Origin: Octopus bimaculoides
Taxonomy: Eukaryota
Length of the DNA: 47,095 bases
Reading direction: 5' to 3'
Assembly: GCF_001194135.2 (NCBI RefSeq)
Contig: NC_069006.1
Span: 49,390 to 96,484 of the forward strand
Below, piece after piece: positions 1 to 12,500 of this stretch. Positions within the stretch are counted from its first letter, which is position 1, and each line of letters opens with the position of its first letter. Position numbers and translations under genes: made by a program. The notes under the pieces are model-generated. The model saw only the letters and a program-made list of their open reading frames with translations, made no database searches and was not told the origin of the DNA.

Positions 1-204
1 TCAGACGAACAAGGTGAGCCTATATTGAAGTAATCGTGTACGAAAAAGAAGACAAAGAGACAACTAACCCAATAGCCCTAACCCAAAAGCTTACCCAAAC
101 ACACACACATACCTACATACACATGCATACATAGAAACGCACAACACACACACATGTACACGCATACACAAGCACTCCACAGACATGCAGATAGATACAT
201 ACAT

Positions 205-236
<32 letters not shown>

Positions 237-735
237 TTTATACACAATTTTTGTGGGGCCGTACGGTACAGCAAAGACTAAATGGGTTCAGAATTTGCCC
301 TTCTCTGATGGATACGTTGAATAGTTTAATTTCTAAACAACAGAACGCAATAGTAGAGGTTGTTTTCCCTTTCCATCAGGAAACATGTTTATAATCATGG
401 CGACAGGTTCAAAGGGAGATAATACTTTGAAAGTGCAAGCGTTTAAGTATTATCTCCCTTCGAAACCATGGTGATAATGGCTTTACAGAAATGTACCCCA
501 CCGACTTTGAAAGGTCATAACTTTCAGAAAAATGAATATTTTTTAATGAAATTTTCTATGCAAATATTATTTATGATGTAGATTCCAAAACGGTGAAAGT
601 GTTTTGGAATGGGGGTAGGGGGGACAATATAATCAGCTATAGTAGAAGACACCTGCCCAAGGTGTCACACAGTGGGACTGAACTCGGAAACATGTGGTTC
701 GTAAGCAAGCTACTTAACACACAGCCTCTCCTACA

Positions 736-773
<38 letters not shown>

Positions 774-1260
774 GCTTCTTTCAGTTTCCGTCTACCAAAT
801 CCACTCACAAGGCTTTGGTTGGCCCGAGGCTATAGTAGAAGACATTTGCCCTACAAATATCGTCCCGATCCAGCACATTTGCCGTACCTGCAAACGAGCG
901 ATTATCACATTTTCTTGGTGGACAGCCATGCACTTAATGTGATTGAGGACTGTTCGCTCATCACTGGATGCCAACACACCGAACGTCCACGTGGCATCTA
1001 TTCTGAGGGTCTCGTTGCAGCATTCGAGAAACTCGAAGACTACGCCGTTACACCTATGTCCAATGGCTTGTTTCTAGTCTGAACATCTCAACTGAAAATA
1101 AGCCCACTCTTCGCTAGACCCAGCTGCGAGAAGACAGGGTGGCGGACCTTCTCGGATGAGACTTTTATAGGAGTTGCCTGTTGCCAGGTATTCCAATGGG
1201 CCGTGACGTCTACAAAGCAAAGCAAGGGTTACAGGCAAAAAAATGATCAACGAATAAAAT

Positions 1261-2330
1261 TGTAATTGCTAGTAGAAGGAGGATTCTCAAAATCGCGAAC
1301 ATTACGGTAGAGAAAGCACTGACAGACAATAGACACATTTCTGCTTCCTATTTCTCTGCTTCTTAATCTCACAAACGATGTCGAAATAAACCTTTCAACC
1401 ACACATGAATAACAGCAGATATCGGAGATATATTCTCCATATATGGCAATTGATATTATCATGTAACCACTAGTCGTTTTAATGATGTAAACCTAACATC
1501 TTTACCAATAATGTGTAGCAGGAAATCACTATATCCTGTGGTTAACAGTAGAATTAAATGTGGCCTTCCTTGGTTACATTTCTCCTATTGTAGTAGGAAA
1601 TGGGGCATGAGTAATAGCTGTCAGACGAACAAGGTGAGCCTATATTGAAGTAATCGTATACGAAAAAGAAGACAGAGACAACTAACCCAATAGCCCTAAC
1701 CCAAAAGCTTACCCAAACACACACACACACACATACATACATACATACTCATAGATACACAAGCATACATAGAAACGCACAACACACACACATGTAATTG
1801 CTAGTGGAAGGAGGATTCTCAAAATCGCGAACATTACTGTAGAGAAAGCACTGACAGACAATAGACACAGTTCTGCTTCCTATTTCTCTGCTTCTTAATC
1901 TCACAAACGAGGTCGAAATAAACCTTTCAACCACACATGAATAACAGCAGATATCGGAGATATATTCTCCATATACGGCAATGGATATTACCATGTAACC
2001 ACTAGTCGTTTTCATGATGTAAACCTAACATCTTTACCAATAATGTGTAGCAGGAAATCACTATATCCTGTGGTTAACAGTAGAACTAAATGTGGCCTTC
2101 CTTGGTTACATTTCTCCTATTGTAGTAGGGAATGGGGCATGAGTAATAGCTGTCAAACGAACAAGGTGAGCCTATATTGAAGTAATCGTGTACGAAGAAG
2201 AAGACAGAGACAACTAACCCAATAGCCCTAACCCAAACACACACACATACCTACATACACACGCTTACATAGAAACGCACAACACACACACATGTACACG
2301 CATACACAAGCACTCCACAGACATGCAGAT
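1261..2330. repeat. Tandem duplication, 532-bp unit (two copies), part of a larger modular repeat
   Basis: TGTAATTGCTAG at 1261 and 1793; TCA(G/A)ACGAACAAGG at 1621 and 2153; high identity along the unit. Confidence 0.9.
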
Positions 2331-3663
2331 AGATACATACATTATATATATATATATATATATTTTTATATATATATANNNNNNNNNNNNNNNNNNNNNN
2401 NNNNNNNNNNNNNNNNNNNNNNNNNNNNNNNNNNNNNNNNNNNNNNNNNNNNNNNNNNNNNNNNNNNNNNNNNNNNNNNNNNNNNNNNNNNNNNNNNNNN
2501 NNNNNNNNNNNNNNNNNNNNNNNNNNNNNNNNNNNNNNNNNNNNNNNNNNNNNNNNNNNNNNNNNNNNNNNNNNNNNNNNNNNNNNNNNNNNNNNNNNNN
2601 NNNNNNNNNNNNNNNNNNNNNNNNNNNNNNNNNNNNNNNNNNNNNNNNNNNNTCTCTGATGGATACATTGAATAGTTTAATTTCTAAACAACAGAACGCA
2701 ATAGTAGAGGTTGTTTTCCCTTGCGATCGGAAACATGTTTATAATCATGGGAGATAATACTTAAACCCTTGCTATCTTAAAGTCAAGGCAAGAGTTGTTT
2801 TTCTTGTTTTGTAAGGGAGGTCATTTGAAAAGACGTCTTGGAACTTTCCCAAATATAAATTGTTATAGTTACTTCCCTTAGAATTTGAATTATATTTTCG
2901 AATTCAGCTACCCCCATTTTAACACCGGCATATGCATATGTGTGCAGTGCTTGTGTTAAGGTATGTGTACATGTGTGTGTGTGTTGTGCGTTTCTATGTA
3001 TGCGTGTGTATGTATATATGTGTGTGTGTGTGTTTGGGTAAGCTTTAGGGTTAGGGCTATTGGGTTAGTTGTCTCTTTGTCTTCTGCTTCGTGTAAATAT
3101 ACGTACAGGTATGTGCATACCTACGTCTACCTGTATGTATAGGTGCATATTTGGGTACAGGACATTGCAAACAAAACGTAGACTTGCCAAACCGCTAAGT
3201 TACGGGAACGTATACACACCAGCATCGGTTGTCAAGCCATGGTGGGGGGGACAAACACAGACATACACACACATATATACATATACATATATACGACGGG
3301 CTTCTTTCAGTTTCCGTCTACCAAATCCACTCAGAAGGCTTTGGTCAGCCCGAGGCTATAGTAGAAGATACTTGCCCAAGGTGCCACGCAATGGGACTGA
3401 ACCCGGAACCATGTGATTCGTAAGCAAGCTACTTACCACACAGCCACTCCTGCTCCTATATATACACACACATAACAAAATAGGAAGAAAAAATGAAATT
3501 AAAGAAATTGTTAAACGAAGTAATTAAAATTAAGTTTTTATGCAAATAGGAACATGATCTTTTTTTCCTTTATAGACTTCATGTTTGTTTTTTGTGTCTA
3601 TATTAAACAAACAAACAAAAAAAAAATCCCCAAAATTCCCATCATATTTTGAATGGAACGATT

Positions 3664-4803
3664 TCAGAATGTTGGCTGTGGAGATGAGAGTACATACAGG
3701 TTGTTACTGACACGAGGCCTTATGTGAATGCCTCGTTGCATTGTGTTAATATCTCTCTGTATGCCACCAAACATTATCAGCTCACCGCGACCCTCCACCA
3801 ATGAGTAAAGGATCGCCTCTTCAGGAATGCAGTCAGAGATGTTTTCATGCACTTCCCTCCAGGTCACTGTCTTTTCAGTGATAGCTTTACTAATGTCCAA
3901 GTTATGTACATGCATAAGAGAACGAGGTTCTTTGTAGCTCGTAGAAGAAGAAGTGCTGTTGGTGGTCGAAGTGCTGCTGTTGCTACCAGAAGCCATTCTC
4001 TGTCCAGAAGTTCGACTGCGTAACACACCTGAAACAGGTTGTGGTCGATGGTGATGCTGCTGCTGTTGTTGTTGTTGTTGTAACATTTGATTCTTCCTCC
4101 AGATTTTCTCTTCATATTGACAGAGAACCTCAAGTTGTTTAAGTCGGTTCTGACGAGAAGAGGGACGAGGGTAAGACAGCAAAGAGGGGGAAATGGCTGA
4201 TGCTGCACCCTCAGGAGGCATGAGACCATTGGAGGAACCGACAGCAGCCCCACCACCAACAGCTTGCAAGCTTCGACTTGATGCACTGCAATCTTTGTGT
4301 TCCCGTTGTTCTGCTTGTTGTCTGTTTGTAGCAGAACTGCTCTCCCCATTGGACGGAGAAGACAGAAGAGGGTTCGATTTTTTGTGCACATTACTGAAAC
4401 CATACTCAAAGCTATCTGTGCACTGCGAGTGAGACGAGGCAGCTGCTGCGAGTTGGTTTGAGGTTGACAATGAAGACGGCGACCTGTAGGAAGGCACCGA
4501 AACCGAAAATGCGCTTTGAGTGTCCATGCTGTCTTGCTCACGGACCGCCGTCTTGTCAGGGTTGTCTCCTTCAGCAATACAACTGGATTGTGGTATTGGG
4601 TCAGGCCACGAGTTTGAGGTGGAGGCACAAGGCTCTGTCGAACAAGGTGTTGACTTCAAATGTGATGTAGTAGCAGAGTTTGCGGTGCGATTGGTCTTTG
4701 CACTGCCGTACTGTCTTCTTTGATGAGACCATTTCGATCTAGACCGGGGAACCAATTTCATAGTCTTTGAGGGTTTACTTAGAACTACCACCATATCTTT
4801 CAC
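3664..4803 (-). CDS. FBXO42: FBXO42 terminal coding exon 8 (Ser-rich insert, polyQ, C-terminal Kelch-like repeat, stop)
   Basis: acceptor cttag|GTG; [11 protein letters not shown]...[16 protein letters not shown]...[16 protein letters not shown]. Confidence 0.95.
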   Translation of the reverse strand: MKDMVVVLSKPSKTMKLVPRSRSKWSHQRRQYGSAKTNRTANSATTSHLKSTPCSTEPCASTSNSWPDPIPQSSCIAEGDNPDKTAVREQDSMDTQSAFSVSVPSYRSPSSLSTSNQLAAAASSHSQCTDSFEYGFSNVHKKSNPLLSSPSNGESSSATNRQQAEQREHKDCSASSRSLQAVGGGAAVGSSNGLMPPEGAASAISPSLLSYPRPSSRQNRLKQLEVLCQYEEKIWRKNQMLQQQQQQQQHHHRPQPVSGVLRSRTSGQRMASGSNSSTSTTNSTSSSTSYKEPRSLMHVHNLDISKAITEKTVTWREVHENISDCIPEEAILYSLVEGRGELIMFGGIQRDINTMQRGIHIRPRVSNNLYVLSSPQPTF

Positions 4804-7800
4804 CTAAGAAAGAAACAAAGGAAATTGTTAGCAATTTTAATGGGAAAGTAAAACATAAAATAAAACAGTCAAATAATTGCTTCTCTTGGGCACAGTTTTG
4901 GCTGTGTGGTTAACAAGTTTACCTTGCAATCACAAGGTTTCAGGTTTGATCCTTATGCAGGGCAGCTTCTATTTTCACCTTAGATTACTCAATATCTCGT
5001 TAGTGAATTCTGGTAGATGGAAACTAATTAAAAGCTTGTTGTCTTTTATCTTTTACTTGTTTCAGTCATTTGACTGTGGCCAAGCTAGAGCACAGTGTTG
5101 AAGGGTTTTAGAAAAACAAAATGGACTCCCACTGCTTATTTTATCAATATCTTTTGCTAAGTAACTGAGTTACAGGGGGCATGAATTAAACACCCCTAGT
5201 TGTCAACCAGACACACACACCTATATGATGGGCTTCCACACAGTTTCCATCAACGAAATACACTCACAAAGCATTGATCAATCTGAGACAATAGTTGAAG
5301 ACACTCGGTCAAGATGTCATGCAGTGGGACTGAACTTAAAACCATGCGGTTGCAAACGAAGCTTCTTAACCAAACAACCATGTCTCCACTTACAAAAATA
5401 ATCTGACTGGTTAGTTTGGGGGACATCCGTGTTCCTAGCATGATCCTCAAACCAATTCAAGATCTTCTGAATCGGAGGACTGCAGCAAACTCCTATGTCT
5501 GCTTTATATGGCTGGATGGCTTCATTTAGTTTCCAACTATCAAATCCACTTACAAGGCTTTAGTCAGCCTATAACAGTAAAAAACACTTGCTGAAGGTGC
5601 TGTATAGTGGGACTGAACCAGGGAGAACATAGCTGGGAAGCAAGCTTCTTAACCACACAGCCACGCCTGCAACTAAATAGATTTAATATGTTGTATAGAT
5701 CAAACTTTAATAATTATATACACACATAAACACACTCGGAGATAAGAAGCCCTCAGCCGTCCCTCATATCATCTATAGCTCTTCTCACACCTACAGCACT
5801 CAATCTTCAATATCTCAAAGTGGAGAGAGTTGAGTGAGTGAGTGAGTGAGTGATAGCAGTGTGAGTGGATTTGTTGAGTGGTAAGTGTGACTCGATTATT
5901 ATCACATAACTAGTCATGGTTGTGTGACAGGGGCTGAGGATGGTGGTGGGAGTGGCGATGATGATAACAGATAATGGTGGTGATAATGATAGAGATGGCA
6001 GTGGTAGTAGTGATGACGACAATGATGTGATGACAGACGGTGGTGGTGGTGGTGGTGATGACCTAACAAGCACTACCTACCTTACATGCAGGATGACACC
6101 ACAGCTGTGGTGCACTGTACTCCGTCTGCAGTACTCGGATCTCTTCCCAATGGAAATCATCCTGAGATTCCATAACTAACAGCCATGCATCATTGAAGAT
6201 CTACAAAGAGAATTTGGAAACACTGAAATATGCAGTGCAGGGGGGGGGGGGCACTCATAAAGATACAGACATTTGTTGGGTGAAGGACGGACACACAGAC
6301 ACCTGTAGGGAGAAGGGGGATCTACTCACACAGAGCTTTCTAATTTTGGCACAAGGCCAGCAATTTTAAGGAGGGTTGGGTTAGTCAATACCATCAACCT
6401 CAGTGATCAGTTGGGTCGGAAGTAGGGAGGGGTGCAAACACAAAGACAGACAGACACAATGGGCTTCATTTAGTTTCTGACTGTCAAGTCCATGCATAAG
6501 GAGTGGATTTGATAGTTAAAAGTATGAAAGGTGAAGTTGACCTCAACAAGATTTGAGCTCAGAACACAAGGAGTTAGAAGTGCCACTAAACATTGTGCCT
6601 GACACGCTCACCACCTAATAATAATAATAATGGTTTCAAATTTTGCCACAAGGGCAGCAATTTTGGGGGAGAGGATGAGTTGATTACCTCGACTCCAGTG
6701 TTCAACTGGTACTTATTTTATTAACTCCGAAAGGTAAAGTTGACCTCAGCAGAATTTGAACTCAAAACATAGCAACGGGTGAAATATCACGAAGCACTTT
6801 GTCCGGCATGTTAACGACTTTGCCAGCTCACTGCCTTAATGATAATAGAAATAATCCTTTCTACATTAGGCACGAAATTTGAAATTTCACAGGGAGGGGG
6901 TTAAATCAATTACATTGACCTCAGTGCATAACTGGTATGTATTTTATGGACCTTGAAAGGATACAGAATTTGAACTTAGAACATAAAACGTAAAAAATGC
7001 TGCCAAACATTTTCTCCATTGTGCTAAAGATTCTGCCAGCTTTAACCCCAGTACGCAACTGGTACTTATTTCATTGACCCTGAAAGATTGAAAGGCAAAG
7101 TCGACCTTGGCAGAGTTTGAACTCAGAACGTAGCAGTAGACGAAATACCGCTAAGCATTTCACCTGGCACACTAACATTTCTGCCAGCTCACCACTTTCA
7201 TAATAATTCGTTTATTGGCCACAAGGGCTTACAGAAAATTACATTACAACACAATATAAAAGAAAAAAACAGGACGATGCAATGGGTTTTACGATGAGTA
7301 AACAATATAACAATTAAAATTAAACAAATTAAAACTTCCAGTAAGGGAGGCACTTTAAGGACCTCGTGGAAAAGCCCACAAAAGCCAGGGCAAAAACCCT
7401 TCTTCTTTTGTTTATAGGGCATGCTCAGAATTGGTCCTTTACCCACCTTTCAACCAACTTGCTTCTCTTTCCATCCTCAACCTCCTTTTCAAGGGAAACT
7501 TGAAAAAGTTGAATGAGGGCTTTGCCAAAGAGGAAAGTGCCTGTCTTTAGCCCTTTCAAACGGGTCCACCATACTACCTCTTTCACTACAGCCACTAGAC
7601 AAATAAAAATTGCCTTCCCCTCATGGCCAAAAGAGGACAGCAGGGCAATCTTCACAATGGATTCAGCTGATAGCTGGATCCATCCTACATGCAACAGCAG
7701 CTGTTTGACATAAACCCACAGGTCAGCAATACTGAGGCACTGGACACGGGCAGTTGTTCTGGGCAGGCCCAGCTGATGGCACTTCAGTGCCTGTAAAGCC

Positions 7801-9333
7801 TGTTCGAAAAATAAATGATGAAGATGGTTTCAAACTTAGATACAATACCAGTAATTTCAGTGGAGAGGTCAAGTTGATTCCATTCATCCCAGCACTTGTC
7901 TCGTACTTACTTTACCGAGCTTGAAAGGATGAATGGCAAAGTCAACCTTGGTGGGATTTGAACTCAGAACATAGCGACAGATGGAATGCCGCTAAGCATT
8001 TTGCCTGGTGTGCTAACAATTCTGCCAGCTTGCTGTTTTATCAACAACAGCAGCAGCAGCAACAAGAAAAAGAAGAAGAAGAACAACAACAACAACGGCG
8101 GCGGCGGCTTCAAATTTCAAGAGAGGAAGTAAGTTGATTACATTGACCCCAGTGCTTCACTGGTACTTATTTTATCCACCCTGAAAGGACCCTGATGAAT
8201 GCAAAGCTGGACAAAATACAACAATGTATTTTGCCTGTCAGCTCATTACATTAATAATAATACTAATAATAATAGTAATAATGATGATTAATAGAAGTAC
8301 CTGATTTGGCCCACCACAACCACCAAGGATAAGAATGTGTTTGTGACTCAGGACAATCTGAAATAGATAAGAGAGAGAGAGAGAGAGTGAAGGCACAAGA
8401 TAAAGATTAATAAATCAACAACTATAGTGATTGATTATTGGGATTAGAGTTAGATATAGAGATGGGATATATCTGATATGGAAACACAAACATTATTGAT
8501 ATGTCTATGATGATAAAAGCAAAATTCTGTCTGTCTGTCCATCTGAGACCCCTGTATCTCAGTCTACATTTGCTCTACAGGGACATATTATTCCCTTTTG
8601 GGAATCAGGATGATCCTGAGATTGAAAATCTGCCCTTCATTTGGTTCTTCAACATTGAGCATTGGGATCCGATTTAAAGGATTTGAGTTGTTATTTCTAG
8701 TAGGTAAAGCTTGTTTGATTCATGCCATCTTGGTCGGTGTTTATCAGATGATGTCAGAGAACAAAGGGGAGATGAATAACATTTGCTTCATTGATTTTAT
8801 GTCGAGATAAGAACTTTGGGACAAATTGGCCAACAGTTGGAATTCAAATTGGAACTGGAACAATAGAATGATTACATTACAGAATTAATTCTCATCTGTC
8901 CTTAATCTCTTATCAAACATCACAGGGCATATAGTCATTATGGATGTATTATCATCATCATCATCATCATCATTTAACGTCCATTTTCCATGCTGGTATG
9001 GGTTGGACGGTTTGACTGAGGACTGGCAAACCAAGCATCAATCTGATCTGGCAAGGTTTCTATAGCTGGATGCCCTTCCTAATGCCAACCACTCCGAGAG
9101 TGGAGTGGGTGCTTTTTATGTGCCACTGGCACAGGGGCCAGCCAGGCGGTACTGGCATCGACTATGCTCAAATGGTGCTTTTTACATACCACTGGCACAG
9201 GACCAGTCAGGTGGCACTAGCATCGACCACGCTTGAATGGTGCTTTTTACGTCCCACCAGCATGGGTGCCAGTCACCATGGGTACATGTGTATATAAGTG
9301 CTTGTGCCTGCCTCCCAACACACACACACACAC

Positions 9334-9376
<43 letters not shown>

Positions 9377-9543
9377 CACACACACACACACATATATACA
9401 CACACACACACACATATATATACACACACACACACACATATATATACACACACACATATATATACACACACACATATATATACACACACACATATATATA
9501 CACACACACACACACACATATATATACACACACACACACACGC

Positions 9544-9576
<33 letters not shown>

Positions 9577-12500
9577 TATAGGCACACAGTAGGTGTCTTC
9601 CACTTTCTGTCTACGGAATGCACTCACAAAACTTTGGGGCTATAACAGAAGACACTTACCCAAGGTGCTGGATATTAGAACTGAACCCTGAACTACATGG
9701 TTGGAAGCAAATTTCCTAGCCATACACATATATATAATCATACAATTATCATATGTAGAAGGCAGCGAGAGAGGTAAAGAAACAGGAGAAGGACAGAGAA
9801 GTGTAGCTGCAACTGACCACATTTTAAATCTGGGGCACTCCAACACTTACACCAATGAGGGTTGCAGATGATCCGAGCAACAGAACAGCCTGCTTGTGAG
9901 ATGAACGTGCAAGTGGCTGAGCATTCCACAGACATGCGTACCCCTTCACATACTTCTCAGGGAGATTCAGCGTGGCACAGAGTGTGACATGGCTGGCCCC
10001 TTGAAATACAGGTACCACTCATTTTTGCCAGCTGAGTGGACTGGAGCAACATGAAATAAAGAGTCTTGCTCAAGGATACAACACACCACCAGGAACTGAA
10101 CTCATGACCTTATGATCACAAGCCAAATGCCCTAACCACTAAGCCAAGCACCTTCACCATATTTTTTCTTTTCTTTTTGTTTTATATTTAAAATACGATG
10201 TAAATGGTTAGAGAAGCATTTACCTGTGACTGGCCATAACGGGGGCTCGGTTTCGGTCCACTGATTTCTATCCGGCGCCAGTCTTGTTCAAGAAAGTCAA
10301 ACAACCAAACATCATTGGACCTGCAGAGAGAAAGACTTCAACATTTAAGTGATTAAGGGAGAGAACGAAGGGGGTGGTGGAGGAAGTAATGTGCTTGGAG
10401 AGTATGAGAGAACGAGAGGAGTGTGAGTGGAGTGAAGGACGGAGTGGAGAGTCCAACTGTGAGTAAAGAGTAAGTGGAGAGTGTGAGCAGAGGTGAAGAG
10501 TGTGCGCATGGGTGGAGAGTGGGTGAGGTTGGGAGTGACGGTGGAGAGTGGGAGTGAAGGTGGGGAGAGCAAATGAGGGTGGGGAGAGTGAGTGAGGGCG
10601 GGGAGGTGGTTGGAGTGTGAGTGGAGAGTGTGAGCGATATATAGAGAACAATGTGCAAGTTTCATAGTAAAAAACATTTGTAAAAAAAAAAAAAGAAGAC
10701 AATTGTGACAACCGTTGTGACCACTACCAATACAACAATACGTCACAACCACCGCAACACAACTACAACCACAGAGAACAGCAACAATCATCATCACAAC
10801 AACACAAAGCATAGAAACCAGAACCACCAACACAATCACTGCTCCCACCACAACCAACCAGCCATCAACACCATAGCCACCACTACCATCATCATCACCA
10901 CTATCAACACTAACACCATCACAATCACCACCACCAACAGCATCATTATAACCAACACCACCACACTAACCAACAACAATAAATGCCACCAGTGTACATA
11001 CCCAGTTCCAGGAAAATGTGAACCACCAAAGACAATCATCGTGTCCTTTATTATGGAAGCTGAGTGACCAGCGACGGATTGCGGCAGGTTGCGGGATGTT
11101 ACACATGTCCATCGGTTCGTAGAAGGTGTGTATATATGGAGTTCGTTGAAGAAACAAGCTGCCTGGAGAGAGAGAAAAAAGATATATATATATATANNNN
11201 NNNNNNNNNNNNNNNNNNNNNNNNNNNNNNNNNNNNNNNNNNNNNNNNNNNNNNNNNNNNNNNNNNNNNNNNNNNNNNNNNNNNNNNNNNNNNNNNNNNN
11301 NNNNNNNNNNNNNNNNNNNNNNNNNNNNNNNNNNNNNNNNNNNNNNNNNNNNNNNNNNNNNNNNNNNNNNNNNNNNNNNNNNNNNNNNNNNNNNNNNNNN
11401 NNNNNNNNNNNNNNNNNNNNNNNNNNNNNNNNNNNNNNNNNNNNNNNNNNNNNNNNNNNNNNNNNNNNNNNNNNNNNNNNNNNNNNNNNNNNNNNNNNNN
11501 NNNNNNNNNNNNNNNNNNNNNNNNNNNNNNNNNNNNNNNNNNNNNNNNNNNNNNNNNNNNNNNNNNNNNNNNNNNNNNNNNNNNNNNNNNNNNNNNNNNN
11601 NNNNNNNNNNNNNNNNNNNNNNNNNNNNNNNNNNNNNNNNNNNNNNNNNNNNNNNNNNNNNNNNNNNNNNNNNNNNNNNNNNNNNNNNNNNNNNNNNNNN
11701 NNNNNNNNNCACACACACACACATATGTATTATGATTTTGCTGAGGCAGTGATTAGAACTCAATCTACATATGCTTTAGAATATTATTATTATTATTATT
11801 ATTATTATTAAGGCGTGGGGAGCTGGCAGAAATGTTAACATGTCAGGCAAAATGCTTAGTAGTACTTCGTCTGTCTTTACGTTTTGAGTTCAAATTCCAC
11901 AGAGGTCGACTTTGCCTTTCATCCTTTCAGGGTCGATAAATGAAGTATCAGTTGCGTACTGAGGTCGATCTAATCGACTGGCAACTCCTCCCACCAAAAA
12001 ATTTCGGGCCTTGTGCCTAGAGTAGAAATGATAAGAGAGTAGGTGAGTCCAGAGTAAAACATGAATTATTGAATGACAGGAGAAGTAATTCTTGTTCTTA
12101 TGGCGTTCAATAATCATAAGTTAAGAAAAAGGAAAGGCAAACAATTTGGCAATGCTTGATAAGGACATTTCATATAATTTCGTAATGTAATGAAATTAAA
12201 TTAAATGTCTTCGTCAAGTCTTGCCAAATTACCTGTCTTTCCTTTTTTTTTTTCACTTTAACCTCTACCTACTGACTACCATTCACACCAGAATTTTACT
12301 GGAAAGCCTATTTGAACATTCAAAGCATACCTATTGGTTTGAGCCACTCGGACGAAAACTCCTTGTGTTTTTTATAATCATATTCATATATATGTGTGTG
12401 TGAAGGCAAATGGTTAGAGCATCTGGCTTATGGTCATGAGTTCAGTTCCCAGACCAGTCTGTGTGTTGTGTTCTTCAGTAAGACACTTTATTTCACATTG

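Noticed and set aside
819-1082. 87-aa ORF with an SDYHIF motif reminiscent of mariner
   Set aside because: Starts within a SINE, lacks the SPDLAP context, and no other transposase motifs follow.
9182-9645. HT/YI/CV-rich ORFs on both strands (also 24697, 29483-29969, 36040-36422, 40719-41024)
   Set aside because: Translations of di- and trinucleotide microsatellites.
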